Under the pieces are notes generated by a model. The model saw only the letters and a list, made by a program, of their open reading frames with translations. It was not told the DNA's origin and ran no database searches. A DNA stretch of 64,000 nucleotides, from sequence record PP400781; one strand, 5' to 3'. The DNA is from Escherichia phage FL20. Shown piece by piece: positions 1 to 12,212 of this stretch (positions within the stretch are counted from its first letter, which is position 1; every line of letters begins with the position of its first letter). The position numbers and the translations under genes are program-made.

Positions 1-2165
<2,165 letters not shown>

Positions 2166-2196
2166 CGATAATGCATAAAAAGATGAGGAAATTCTA

Positions 2197-4197
2197 ATGA
2201 CTCTATTATCACCGGGTTTCGAAACGAAAGAAACTACTCTCTCCACTACCATTGTGCAATCTGCGACTGGTCGCGCTGCACTGGTAGGTAAATTCCAATG
2301 GGGTCCAGCTTTCCAGATTATTCAAGTAACTAATGAAGTTGAATTAGTTAATAAATTTGGTCAGCCGGATAATAACACCGCAGACTATTTCATGAGCGGG
2401 GCTAACTTCCTCCAGTATGGCAATGACCTGCGTGTTGTTCGTGTACTCAATAAAGAAAAAGCAAAAAACGCAACCGCACTGGCTGGTAACGTCGAGTTTG
2501 AAATCACAAACGAAGGTTCAAACTATGAAGTAGGCGATACCATCAAGATTAAACATAACCGTCAAGATATTGAAACGGCTGGTAAAGTAACTAAAGTTGA
2601 TGGTGATGGTAAAGTTAAGGGCGTATTTATCCCAACTGGTAAAATTATCGCTCACGCTAAAGCAATCGGTGTATATCCAGAACTTGATGGCGGTTGGACG
2701 GCAGAGTTCACTTCTTCGTCAGGTAACGGTAGTGCGGCGCTGTCAGTAACTAAAATTGTTACTGATTCCGGTCTTCTGTTAACGGATCTGGAAACTTCCC
2801 GCGCCAATATCACAAATCAGACTTTCTTGACTAAACTCCAGAAGTATGATATGCCAGCGGTAAGCGCGATCTATGCTGGTGAGATTGGCAACTCTCTGGA
2901 AGTGGAAATTCTGGCACGTAGCGCGTTTAAGAACACTGCACCGGATCTGACCATGTATCCTTATGGTGGCGAGCGCACCGCAGCACGCAACCTGATTCCA
3001 TATGCACCGCAGAATGATAATCAATATGCATTTATTGTTCGTCGCGATGGTGTTGTGGTAGAATCCTATGTACTGTCTACTCTGAAAGGGGATAAAGACG
3101 TATACGGCAATTCTATCTATATGGACGACTTCTTTGCTCGTGGTTCTAGCCAGTACATCTATGCAACCGCTCAAGGGTGGGTAGATGGTTTCAGTGGTAT
3201 TATCTCTCTTGCTGGTGGTGTTTCTGCTAACGAAGCAACGACTGCTGGTGTTGGTGCTGATCCGTTCATCGGTGCGATGATGCAAGGTTGGGATCTGTTT
3301 GCTGAACGAGAATCTATTCACGTAAACCTGTTGATCGCTGGTGCATGTGCTGGCGAAGGCGATGCGTTCTCTACCGTACAGAAACATGCTGTTTCCATCG
3401 GTGATGAGCGTCAGGATTGCTTAGTAATGGTTTCTCCGCCGCGTAGCACTGTTGTTAATATTCCGGTGACTACCGCAATTGATAACCTGATTGCATGGCG
3501 CGAAGGTTCAGGAAACTATAATGAAAACAACATGAACATTAATACCACTTACGCGGTTATTGATGGTAACTACAAATATCAGTATGACAAATACAACGAC
3601 GTAAACCGTTGGGTTCCGTTGGCTGCTGATATTGCTGGTTTGTGCGCTCGTACTGATGCTGTATCCCAGCCGTGGATGAGTCCGGCAGGTTATAACCGTG
3701 GTCAGATCATGAACGTGGTTAAACTGGCAATTGAGCCTCGCAAGGCGCACCGCGATCGTCTGTATCAGGCCGCAATTAACCCGGTAATCGGTGCTGGTGG
3801 TGAAGGTTTTATCCTGATGGGTGATAAAACCGCTACGACTGTTCCTAGCCCGTTTGACCGCATTAACGTTCGTCGTCTGTTTAACATGCTGAAAAAGAAT
3901 ATCGGCGATTCAAGCAAATACAAACTGTTTGAAAACAACGATAACTTTACTCGCGCTTCCTTCCGTATGGAGGTTTCGCAATATCTCAGCACGATTCGCT
4001 CTCTGGGTGGCATTTATGACTTCCGAGTACAATGCGACACCACGAATAACACGCCGGATGTAATTGATCGTAACGAATTTGTTGCTAGTATGTTCATCAA
4101 ACCAGCAAAATCGATCAACTATATCATGCTCAATTTCACTGCTGTTGCAACTGGTTCTGATTTTGACGAAATTATCGGTCCAGCCAACCAAGCATAA
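2197..4197 (+). CDS. 18: tail sheath protein gp18
   Basis: 666 aa; N-terminus MTLLSPGFETKE...QWGPAF and overall length match T4 gp18; synteny. Confidence 0.95.
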   Translation: MTLLSPGFETKETTLSTTIVQSATGRAALVGKFQWGPAFQIIQVTNEVELVNKFGQPDNNTADYFMSGANFLQYGNDLRVVRVLNKEKAKNATALAGNVEFEITNEGSNYEVGDTIKIKHNRQDIETAGKVTKVDGDGKVKGVFIPTGKIIAHAKAIGVYPELDGGWTAEFTSSSGNGSAALSVTKIVTDSGLLLTDLETSRANITNQTFLTKLQKYDMPAVSAIYAGEIGNSLEVEILARSAFKNTAPDLTMYPYGGERTAARNLIPYAPQNDNQYAFIVRRDGVVVESYVLSTLKGDKDVYGNSIYMDDFFARGSSQYIYATAQGWVDGFSGIISLAGGVSANEATTAGVGADPFIGAMMQGWDLFAERESIHVNLLIAGACAGEGDAFSTVQKHAVSIGDERQDCLVMVSPPRSTVVNIPVTTAIDNLIAWREGSGNYNENNMNINTTYAVIDGNYKYQYDKYNDVNRWVPLAADIAGLCARTDAVSQPWMSPAGYNRGQIMNVVKLAIEPRKAHRDRLYQAAINPVIGAGGEGFILMGDKTATTVPSPFDRINVRRLFNMLKKNIGDSSKYKLFENNDNFTRASFRMEVSQYLSTIRSLGGIYDFRVQCDTTNNTPDVIDRNEFVASMFIKPAKSINYIMLNFTAVATGSDFDEIIGPANQA

Positions 4198-4231
4198 TCA
4201 GTAAATTAGCATAGATTAAAAGTTAAATCAA

Positions 4232-4250
4232 GCGGGGAGAAAATCCCCGC
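4232..4250 (+). other. GC-rich hairpin gcggggaga-aaa-tccccgc between genes 18 and 19 (approximate)
   Basis: Perfect inverted repeat; a near-identical hairpin recurs between genes 19 and 20. Confidence 0.5.
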
Positions 4251-4270
4251 TCTATTAAGGAATATCAATT

Positions 4271-4765
4271 ATGGCACTCGATTTGAATGATATTACACGC
4301 GGTTTCGAGTCTGGCGATTTTGCTCGTCCTAACCTGTTTGAAGTTGAGATCCCGTATCTGGGGCAAAACTTTAAGCTGATGTGTAAGGCTGCGACTGTCC
4401 CGGCTGCTACCGTAGAAAAAATTGCTATAGGCTATCAAAACCGTAAAATTAACATCGCTGGCGACCGTGTATACGACGACTGGACCATCACTGTATTCAA
4501 CGATGACGCACACAAGATCCGTGATGCTATCGTTGCATGGAGCGATCAGACACACGGAACTGGTTCGGCGATCACGGGTGCAACTCCTGCACAATATAAG
4601 AAACAAGCTATTGTTCGTCAACTTAACCGTAACACCGAATCAACTAGCGAAAAAACATTGTACGGTATTTTCCCGACCAACGTTGGTGAAGTAACCCTCG
4701 ATTGGGAACAAAACAACGAAGTTGAAACGTTTGAAGTTACTTTTGCTATCGATTGGGTAGAATAA
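4271..4765 (+). CDS. 19: tail tube protein gp19
   Basis: 164 aa; position and size match T4 gp19; no motif-level check possible here. Confidence 0.9.
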   Translation: MALDLNDITRGFESGDFARPNLFEVEIPYLGQNFKLMCKAATVPAATVEKIAIGYQNRKINIAGDRVYDDWTITVFNDDAHKIRDAIVAWSDQTHGTGSAITGATPAQYKKQAIVRQLNRNTESTSEKTLYGIFPTNVGEVTLDWEQNNEVETFEVTFAIDWVE

Positions 4766-4777
4766 ATATATTATCAT

Positions 4778-4796
4778 GCGGGGAGAAGTTCCCCGC
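4778..4796 (+). other. GC-rich hairpin gcggggagaagttccccgc between genes 19 and 20 (approximate)
   Basis: Inverted repeat, paralogous to the hairpin at about 4232-4250. Confidence 0.5.
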
Positions 4797-4823
4797 CTAA
4801 TTTCTCCCAATTCGAGGTGAATA

Positions 4824-6389
4824 ATGTTTAGTAGATTAAAAATGCTTGCGCGTTGGGCTGATTTTGACAACGACAAATACGAAGAACAAATTAAAGATAA
4901 AGCAGAGTCTATCGCCGCACCTAAAAACAATGATGGTGCTACGGAAGTAGAAATTAATGATAATTTACCTGCTAGCGCGTGGAACTCTCTTACCCAGCAA
5001 TTTTACAGCACCGACCAGAAAATCAGCACAACTAAGCAATTAGTTAACACATATCGCGGTTTGATGAATAACCATGAAGTCGAAAACGCTGTACAAAATA
5101 TCGTTAACGATGCGATTGTATTTGAAGAAGGTCATGAAGTTGTTTCATTAAATCTTGAGGCGACTGGCTTTAGTGAATCTGTAAAAGAGCGCATTCATGA
5201 AGAATTTAAAGATCTTTTAAACACTATCCAGTTTGATAGGCGCGGTCAGGATATGTTCCGTCGCTGGTATGTCGATTCGCGTATTTTCTTCCATAAAATC
5301 ATCGGCAAAAATCCAAAAGATGGTATCGTAGAATTACGCCAGCTTGACCCACGTAATCTTGAATACGTTCGAGAGATCATTACAGAAGACACACCGGAAG
5401 GTAAAATTTATAAAGCAACGAAAGAATATTTCATTTACACTGTAGGCAATAGCTCTTATTGCGCAGGTGGTCAAGTATTCTCTCCTAATAGTCGCGTTAA
5501 AATCCCGCGTAGTGCTATTACATACGCTCACAGCGGCTTGATGGATTGCGATGATAAATATATCATTGGTTATTTGCATCGGGCTGTTAAGCCAGCAAAC
5601 CAGCTTAAATTGTTGGAAGACGCAATGGTCGTTTATCGTATCACGCGTGCACCGGAACGCCGAGTGTTCTTTATTGATACCGGAAACATGAACAACCGCA
5701 AGGCTGCACAGCACATGAACTCAGTGGCACAGTCTTTTAAAAACCGCGTTGTTTATGATGCATCGACTGGTAAACTTAAAAACCAGCAAGCAAATCTATC
5801 AATGACAGAGGACTACTGGTTACAGCGTCGAGATGGTAAAGCAATCACCGACGTTACTACTTTACCCGGTGCATCCGGTATGAGTGATATCGATGATATT
5901 CGCTACTTTAACCGTAAATTGTATGAAGCGTTGCGTGTACCATTGTCACGCAGTAATCTCTCCGATGCTAATATGGTGATCGGTGGTGACGGTTCAGAAA
6001 TTACTCGCGATGAGTTGGAATTTTCGAAATTCATTAGAACTCTGCAATCACAGTTTTCGGAAGTATTGCGCGATCCTCTGAAATATAATCTGATTCTCAA
6101 AAATGTAATTACGGAAGACGATTGGGATCGTGAAATAAATAATATCAAGGTGGTTTTCCATCGGGACTCTTATTATACAGAAGTTAAAGACGCGGAAATT
6201 TTAGAACGTCGAATCGGTCTAATCGAACGTATTACACCTTACATTGGTAAATATTTCTCTAACCAGACAGTGATGCGTGACATTCTGAAATATACCGATG
6301 ACCAGATGGACACCGAGAAGAAACAGATCGAAGAAGAAGCGAACGATCCGCGCTTTAAACAAACTCCCGATGAAATAGAGGATTTTTAA
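4824..6389 (+). CDS. 20: portal vertex protein gp20
   Basis: 521 aa; synteny after gene 19; length matches T4 gp20. Confidence 0.9.
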   Translation: MFSRLKMLARWADFDNDKYEEQIKDKAESIAAPKNNDGATEVEINDNLPASAWNSLTQQFYSTDQKISTTKQLVNTYRGLMNNHEVENAVQNIVNDAIVFEEGHEVVSLNLEATGFSESVKERIHEEFKDLLNTIQFDRRGQDMFRRWYVDSRIFFHKIIGKNPKDGIVELRQLDPRNLEYVREIITEDTPEGKIYKATKEYFIYTVGNSSYCAGGQVFSPNSRVKIPRSAITYAHSGLMDCDDKYIIGYLHRAVKPANQLKLLEDAMVVYRITRAPERRVFFIDTGNMNNRKAAQHMNSVAQSFKNRVVYDASTGKLKNQQANLSMTEDYWLQRRDGKAITDVTTLPGASGMSDIDDIRYFNRKLYEALRVPLSRSNLSDANMVIGGDGSEITRDELEFSKFIRTLQSQFSEVLRDPLKYNLILKNVITEDDWDREINNIKVVFHRDSYYTEVKDAEILERRIGLIERITPYIGKYFSNQTVMRDILKYTDDQMDTEKKQIEEEANDPRFKQTPDEIEDF

Positions 6390-6623
6390 ATGAAACAATT
6401 TATCGAAGCAATTAAAACTCGAGATCTAACGCTGATCGAAAAAGAATTTGATAAGATCATGGAGGCTAAAAAAGCCCAGATCATAGAATCCCAGCGTGTC
6501 GAAATCGCATCCAGTATCATGATCGAAGGTGAAGAAGAAAAAGACCGCGATGATGAAGATATGGAAGATGAGGACGACGAAGATCACAAAGACGATAAAA
6601 AAGACAAAGAAGACGACGAATAA
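6390..6623 (+). CDS. 67: prohead core protein gp67
   Basis: 77 aa, highly acidic C-terminus (EDEDDEDHKDDKKDKEDDE); position between 20 and 68. Confidence 0.8.
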   Translation: MKQFIEAIKTRDLTLIEKEFDKIMEAKKAQIIESQRVEIASSIMIEGEEEKDRDDEDMEDEDDEDHKDDKKDKEDDE

Positions 6624-6635
6624 TAGGAAGCCAAC

Positions 6636-7043
6636 ATGATTAAAGATTTTACTCCTAAAGCTGACTTAGAAACTTTTCTGCCGGAAGCACAGGAAAAATT
6701 GGACATGTTGGCTATGTTTGAGTCAGAAGAACTATTGAAAATCGTTGAAGGTATCTCCGAGGATGAGCCGGAACTGGCGGTAGCAATGCTGTCTATCATC
6801 GACGGAATTACTGTAAATGAAGCAATGGTTAAACATGTAAACGCACGCGGGGAAGTTGCACGTAAGAAAGATCGCAAAACCCGTGAGCGTAATGCTTACA
6901 TGACTACTGGCCTAAGCAAAGCTAAACGCCGTCAAATTGCCCGTCGTGCTGCAAAAACCAAACGTGCAAATCCATCTATCGAACGTCATGCGGAACGTAA
7001 GCGCAAAAAAGCAATGCGTAAACGTAAGGCGTTAGGATTATAA
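6636..7043 (+). CDS. 68: prohead core protein gp68
   Basis: 135 aa, basic C-terminus; synteny. Confidence 0.75.
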   Translation: MIKDFTPKADLETFLPEAQEKLDMLAMFESEELLKIVEGISEDEPELAVAMLSIIDGITVNEAMVKHVNARGEVARKKDRKTRERNAYMTTGLSKAKRRQIARRAAKTKRANPSIERHAERKRKKAMRKRKALGL

Positions 7044-7054
7044 CAGGAAACAAC

Positions 7055-7750
7055 ATGGAAAAGAACGAATTACTGATCGAACAATGGGGCGTTCCTTGTG
7101 CTCGCGGTAGTTCGTCATTGCTTGAATCATTTGATGATAAGGCTACAGGAAATCTCTATATTCAAGGGATTTTCCTGCAAGCCGAAACGGTAAACCGCAA
7201 TAAACGCTGGTATCCTCGCAGTGTTCTAGAAAATGCGGTTACTAAATACATACATGAACAAGTTGAGACACATCAAGCTCTAGGCGAACTTAATCACCCA
7301 GCAAGAGCAATGCCAGATCCATCCAATGCTTGCATCATAATTGAAAAATTATGGTGGGAAGGTAATAACGTGATGGGTAAAGCCCGTGTTATTGAAGGGG
7401 ATAAAGGCGCAGGTGATAAACTTGCTGCACTGATTCGCGCTGGCTGGATTCCTGGCGTTTCCTCCCGTGGGTTGGGTCGGTTGAAAGACTCTGGTCGCGG
7501 ATACAATATTGTACAGGAAGGTTTTGTGTTGACGGTTGGTGTTGATGTTGTATGGGGTCCGAGCGCACCAGATGCGTGGGTAACTCCGGTGGTTGAGTCA
7601 ACGGATAGCGATTCTAGCGCGTCAGACGCACCAGAAAGCGATAAAACCGAAAAGGTGACTAACCCTACAGCCTCACAACAAAACATCGTAGAATCGAATA
7701 ATAGCGCGTTTATGGCGCTCGCAGAAGCGTTATCTAAACGCTATAAATAA
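7055..7750 (+). CDS. 21: prohead core protease gp21
   Basis: 231 aa; blocks GELNHP, AGWIPGVSSRGLG, VWGPSAPDAWVTP match T4 gp21. Confidence 0.9.
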   Translation: MEKNELLIEQWGVPCARGSSSLLESFDDKATGNLYIQGIFLQAETVNRNKRWYPRSVLENAVTKYIHEQVETHQALGELNHPARAMPDPSNACIIIEKLWWEGNNVMGKARVIEGDKGAGDKLAALIRAGWIPGVSSRGLGRLKDSGRGYNIVQEGFVLTVGVDVVWGPSAPDAWVTPVVESTDSDSSASDAPESDKTEKVTNPTASQQNIVESNNSAFMALAEALSKRYK

Positions 7751-7781
7751 TAACGTCGTTATCAACAAGAAGGTTATAACC

Positions 7782-8576
7782 ATGCTTAAAGAAATGCTGC
7801 TCGAAGAAGCAAAACAGATCACCGTAGACGTTGCTCTCGATGACCTGTTTGAATCCGTCGAACTGTCGCCGGAAGTAAAAGAAAATTTTGGTACTATCTA
7901 CGCTCAGGCGGTAAAAGCTAATGCTGTTGCTCTGGCAGAAAGCCACATTGAAAAAATCGCCGCTAAAGCCGATGAACTGGTAGAATCAAAGGTCGAAGAA
8001 GCACGCACCGAGATTGAAACCAAACTGTACGAAGATGCAGATAAATTCCTGAATCACTTAGGCGCTAAATGGCTGGCAGAAAATAAAGAAGCCGTCACCC
8101 GTAATATTAAAGCGGATCTGTGCGAATCCCTGATTGGTTCTCTGAAAGATGTTTTCGTTACTCACAATGTTGTAGTACCGGAAGAATCTGTAGACGTTGT
8201 TGCTGAACTTGACGAAGCACTCAAAGAAGAAAAAGAAAAAACCTCTGAACTCTTTGATGCCAAACTGCAACTTGAAAGCGAAATTCGTGGCATGAAGCGC
8301 GAACAAGCGATCAATGAAAGCACTCGTGATCTTTCCGATACTCAGAAAGAAAAAGTAACCGCGCTGATTGAAGGTCTGGAATATAGCGAAACTTTCGATA
8401 AGAAATTAACTGCAATTGTCGAAATGGTTGCTAAGAAAGAAGACAAACCAGCGAAGATTGAAGAATCACTAAATACTGATGCCGACAAGCTGAATGTTAT
8501 TGCAGAAGCTGTCGAAGAATCAGAGAAAAAGGCAACTGTAGATTCCGGCGTATCCCGCTACCTGAATTTCATCTAA
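7782..8576 (+). CDS. 22: prohead core scaffold protein gp22
   Basis: 264 aa acidic coiled-coil protein; N-terminal block LFESVELSPEVK matches T4 gp22; synteny. Confidence 0.85.
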   Translation: MLKEMLLEEAKQITVDVALDDLFESVELSPEVKENFGTIYAQAVKANAVALAESHIEKIAAKADELVESKVEEARTEIETKLYEDADKFLNHLGAKWLAENKEAVTRNIKADLCESLIGSLKDVFVTHNVVVPEESVDVVAELDEALKEEKEKTSELFDAKLQLESEIRGMKREQAINESTRDLSDTQKEKVTALIEGLEYSETFDKKLTAIVEMVAKKEDKPAKIEESLNTDADKLNVIAEAVEESEKKATVDSGVSRYLNFI

Positions 8577-8594
8577 TGTAATTCAAATCTACTT

Positions 8595-8602
8595 TATAAA
8601 TA
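8595..8602 (+). promoter_or_regulatory. T4-type late promoter TATAAATA upstream of gene 23 (approximate)
   Basis: TATAAATA about 35 bp upstream of gene 23 ATG. Confidence 0.65.
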
Positions 8603-8635
8603 CTTTAGGTTAACAACAAACAAGGTTTAAAGAAC

Positions 8636-10234
8636 ATGAAAACTACCAAAGAACTGATGGAAAAATGGTCCCCGCTGCTGGAGAACGAAAAACTGCCGGA
8701 AATCGCAACTGCGTCTAAGCAGAAACTGGTTGCTAAAATTCTGGAATCTCAGGAAGCGGATTTTGCTGTAGACCCGATCTATAAGGATGAAAAAGTTGTT
8801 GAAGCATTCGGTGGCTTTATCGCAGAAGCCGAAGTTGCTGGCGACCACGGTTATGACGCATCTCAGATCGCGGCTGGTCAGACTACTGGTGCAATCACTA
8901 ACGTAGGTCCGGCTGTTATCGGTATGGTTCGCCGTGCTATTCCTAACCTGATCGCATTTGATATTTGTGGCGTTCAGCCGATGAGCACTCCGACTAGCCA
9001 GATCTTTGCAATCCGTTCTGTATACGGTCCAGATCCACTGGCAGGTGGCAATGCTCAGAATGTTCGTGAAGCATTCCATCCGATGTATGCGCCAGATGCT
9101 TTCCATAGCTCTCTTGCTGCTAAAGGTGCATCTGTAGGTTCTCCGACTGGGACTCCGTTTGCTAAACTAACTATCAATACTCAGATTGAAGCAGGTGATA
9201 TTGTACACCACACCTTCGCAGAAACTGGCATTGCATATCTGCAAAACGTTACCGCTGGCGCAGTAACCCCGGCCAAATCTGGCAGCGAGTCCGAAGATGA
9301 AGTTGTCATGAAGCTGATGGAAGAAGGTAAACTGGCTGAAATCGCTTTCGGTATGGCGACTTCCATTGCCGAAATTCAGGAAGGCTTTAACGGTTCCAGC
9401 AATAACCCGTGGGCTGAAATGTCAATGCGTATTGACAAACAGGTTGTTGAAGCGAAATCTCGCCAACTGAAAGCCCGTTACTCTATCGAAGTTGCGCAGG
9501 ATCTGCGTGCTGTACACGGTATGGATGCTGACGCTGAACTGAATGCTATCCTGGCTAACGAAGTTCTGCTGGAAATCAACCGTGAAATCGTTGACGTGAT
9601 CAACTTTACCGCTCAGGTTGGTAAGACTGGTATGACTCAGACCGTTGGTTCTAAAGCTGGTGTATTTGACCTGCAAGACCCGATCGATACTCGCGGTGCT
9701 CGTTGGGCTGGTGAATCCTTCAAATCTCTGATCTACCAGATCGACAAAGAAGCTGCTGAAATCGCTCGTCAGACTGGTCGCGGTGCTGGTAACTTTGTTA
9801 TCGCTTCCCGTAACGTTGTAAACATTCTGGCTTCTGCTGATCAGGGTATCAGTCTTGCTATGCAGGGTGCTGCAAAAGGTCTGAACACCGACACCACTAA
9901 AGCTGTTTTCGCTGGTGTTCTGGCTGGTAAGTACAAAGTGTTCATCGACCAGTATGCTCGTCAAGACTACTTCACCGTAGGTTACAAAGGCGACAACGAA
10001 ATGGATGCTGGTATCTACTATGCTCCGTATGTTGCTCTGACTCCGCTGCGTGCAACTGACCCGCAGTCTTTCCACCCGGTTCTGGGCTTCAAGACTCGCT
10101 ATGGCATCGGCATTAACCCGTTTGCAGACAGCAAATCCCAGGCACCGTCCGCTCGCATCACCTCCGGTATGTTGAGCAAAGACAGCGTAGGTAAAAACGC
10201 ATACTTCCGTCGTGTATGGGTTAAGGGTTGCTAA
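8636..10234 (+). CDS. 23: major capsid protein gp23
   Basis: 532 aa; extensive identity with T4 gp23 (GPAVIGMVRRAIPNLIAFDICGVQPM, IDKQV.EAKSRQLKA.YSIE.AQDLRAVHGMDADAEL, GIGINPFA). Confidence 0.97.
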   Translation: MKTTKELMEKWSPLLENEKLPEIATASKQKLVAKILESQEADFAVDPIYKDEKVVEAFGGFIAEAEVAGDHGYDASQIAAGQTTGAITNVGPAVIGMVRRAIPNLIAFDICGVQPMSTPTSQIFAIRSVYGPDPLAGGNAQNVREAFHPMYAPDAFHSSLAAKGASVGSPTGTPFAKLTINTQIEAGDIVHHTFAETGIAYLQNVTAGAVTPAKSGSESEDEVVMKLMEEGKLAEIAFGMATSIAEIQEGFNGSSNNPWAEMSMRIDKQVVEAKSRQLKARYSIEVAQDLRAVHGMDADAELNAILANEVLLEINREIVDVINFTAQVGKTGMTQTVGSKAGVFDLQDPIDTRGARWAGESFKSLIYQIDKEAAEIARQTGRGAGNFVIASRNVVNILASADQGISLAMQGAAKGLNTDTTKAVFAGVLAGKYKVFIDQYARQDYFTVGYKGDNEMDAGIYYAPYVALTPLRATDPQSFHPVLGFKTRYGIGINPFADSKSQAPSARITSGMLSKDSVGKNAYFRRVWVKGC

Positions 10235-10319
10235 TATAAGCCAATTCCTGAAAACTCCGGTCGGGTGCAATACCCGACTTATCATAAACCTTATGACAGT
10301 GTAAAGTGTTAATTCCAAA

Positions 10320-10348
10320 GGGAAGACTCGAAAGGGTCTTCCCTTTTT
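10320..10348 (+). terminator. rho-independent terminator after gene 23 (approximate)
   Basis: 8-bp GC-rich stem gggaagac/gtcttccc followed by TTTTT. Confidence 0.7.
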
Positions 10349-10364
10349 GCGTATTATAACCAGT

Positions 10365-10372
10365 TATAAATA
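10365..10372 (+). promoter_or_regulatory. candidate late promoter TATAAATA (approximate)
   Basis: Exact TATAAATA just after the gene 23 terminator. Confidence 0.4.
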
Positions 10373-10733
10373 AGGTTGCAAGCCTATATTCTATTGGGAG
10401 CGAAAATAGATACACACAACAAAGACAGGAAGATGCAGAACATCGGTGGGTTGCTAGCCTAAATCCGGTGGCTATGATATGTGATTGATTTTGATGCTGG
10501 ATTTATTAAAACACAACAAACAATTCCACCAATTTTCGTAGTAACTGCATGGCAAAGGGACCAATGAATGAAATGAGCGTTCATGTTGATATTGGGTCGG
10601 ATAGATTTGGTAGATATACAGATCTGGTGTATGCCGACCTTGTTATGACATTCCAGTGTGACGCTAGCGGTAATTTTTGGTTTTGGTACGCTGTTCCCCG
10701 AATTAACCCAAAATTCTCCATAAGGAGGAATGC

Positions 10734-10886
10734 ATGAGTAAGAAAGAAAACAGCTATGTTATGACTCGTAAGGAATACAACGAATTGATGTTAGCATTAG
10801 CTTATGCAATTATTCGTTCTGATCATGCAATTAATCTGGTAAACAAAGTTAACCGTAGCGTTGATAATGTTTCTAGGAAGAAGTAA
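10734..10886 (+). CDS. small hypothetical protein (50 aa)
   Basis: ATG preceded by strong RBS TAAGGAGG; not in the ORF track because below its length cut-off; start overlaps stop of ORF 10549-10737. Confidence 0.4.
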   Translation: MSKKENSYVMTRKEYNELMLALAYAIIRSDHAINLVNKVNRSVDNVSRKK

Positions 10887-10925
10887 GTTTATTTTTGGAA
10901 TCCTTTGGATTCCTTTTTCTTTTTG

Positions 10926-10933
10926 TATAAATA
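10926..10933 (+). promoter_or_regulatory. T4-type late promoter TATAAATA upstream of gene 24 (approximate)
   Basis: TATAAATA about 40 bp upstream of ATG at 10971. Confidence 0.6.
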
Positions 10934-10970
10934 TGATATATCCATTAAGGCAAATACAGGATTCATAAAC

Positions 10971-12212
10971 ATGACTCATATTTTTACTGAACTGTTGCGG
11001 GAATCTACTTCCTCAGTAGCTAACCAGACAGCGCGACCGCAACTATTATCATTAACTCGCGCGGTAAACAACCTGATTTTCTCTGATCTGGTAGCAATCC
11101 AGCCAACGGATCAACCAGTATCTGCATTGTACGGCCTACGTTATCTTAATCATGATGGTCAGATGACTTTCCGAACTGCTGCAACCTACGGTGGCGCGGT
11201 TGGTGATCGCACAGAGATTGAAGAGTTTTCAAAAGAAAAATCTTATGACGAAGGCGCACTATTCAAATCAGGCGATGTTGTATACGAAGTTGTGACCGCT
11301 GGTACAGTCGGTGAAGATGCCGCAACTCCAGAAGCTGCGATCTTTAAAGGCGTAATGACAAACAAAATTCGTTTCTATAGCGATTGTGCATCGGTAGAAT
11401 ACTTTGAAGATAAAAACACCGAAATTGCGTCTACCTCTATGCAGTTTGACAAGTGGCAAGTTAATGTAGGTTCTCGTAAACTGAAAACCTCATTCACGAC
11501 CGAATTGATGCAGGATCTTGAGGCAAGCCAAATCAACTCTGAAAACTCTGTAATTGATCTTCTGGCGACTGTTGCTTCCGAAGAGATCAACAAAGATATT
11601 ATTCAGAAGTTGATCACTGTATCATCTCGCTATAAAATTAAAGGGATCACCCCTGATGGCGTACTTTCTCTCGTTAGCGTTCAGGATGCACCAACACAAG
11701 CGCGTGAACTTTACCGCTACGCGTGCGAGATGAGCAATCAAATGTTGCGGACTTCCTCCTTTGCTGGTACATACGTTTTGGCGTCTTCTCGCGTGGTTGG
11801 CCTCCTGCAATCATCCGGTTGGATGGAAGAAACCGACAATGCTCTAAGCGAAGGTCGTCTACGTTGCGGTCTGGAAGTGTACGCAGACACGACAACACCT
11901 TTCGATTATATGCTCGTTGGTTGTAAGCACATGATCGGTGATATGGAGAGTGTAGGTTCTCTGTTCTACTCCCCATATACAGAAGCCGACGGCGCTGGCG
12001 CGTATAAGAGCGTAATTGACCCTAATAGCTTCCAGCATCATGTAGCTATTATGAATCGTTATTCACTATCTGTCAACCCATACACATCAAAAGTTGATCA
12101 GGAAGAACACCAGGTCATCAAGGGTGACGATTGGGGTAAAATGGCTGGACGTTCAGAAATGTCCTACATTTTAGGAATCGAACTGCCACCGCTTGAGATT
12201 GACAACGCTTAA
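10971..12212 (+). CDS. 24: capsid vertex protein gp24
   Basis: Track ORF 10905-12212 begins with an alternative start codon; first ATG at 10971 gives 413 aa starting MTHIFTELLRES, aligning with T4 gp24 N-terminus. Confidence 0.9.
   Translation: MTHIFTELLRESTSSVANQTARPQLLSLTRAVNNLIFSDLVAIQPTDQPVSALYGLRYLNHDGQMTFRTAATYGGAVGDRTEIEEFSKEKSYDEGALFKSGDVVYEVVTAGTVGEDAATPEAAIFKGVMTNKIRFYSDCASVEYFEDKNTEIASTSMQFDKWQVNVGSRKLKTSFTTELMQDLEASQINSENSVIDLLATVASEEINKDIIQKLITVSSRYKIKGITPDGVLSLVSVQDAPTQARELYRYACEMSNQMLRTSSFAGTYVLASSRVVGLLQSSGWMEETDNALSEGRLRCGLEVYADTTTPFDYMLVGCKHMIGDMESVGSLFYSPYTEADGAGAYKSVIDPNSFQHHVAIMNRYSLSVNPYTSKVDQEEHQVIKGDDWGKMAGRSEMSYILGIELPPLEIDNA

Noticed and set aside
2779-3387. Antisense ORFs inside large conserved genes in the supplied track (for example 2779-3387, 9422-10318, 16064-16486, 29968-30570, 54916-55533)
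   Set aside because: They lie opposite well-supported genes (18, 23, inh, alt, 32), have no RBS and are low-complexity or stop-poor shadows of the coding strand.
10380-10550. Possible tRNA or small RNA gene in the non-coding stretch after gene 23
   Set aside because: I could not fold a cloverleaf with conserved T-loop or anticodon-stem features from the sequence by eye; only a covariance-model scan could settle it.
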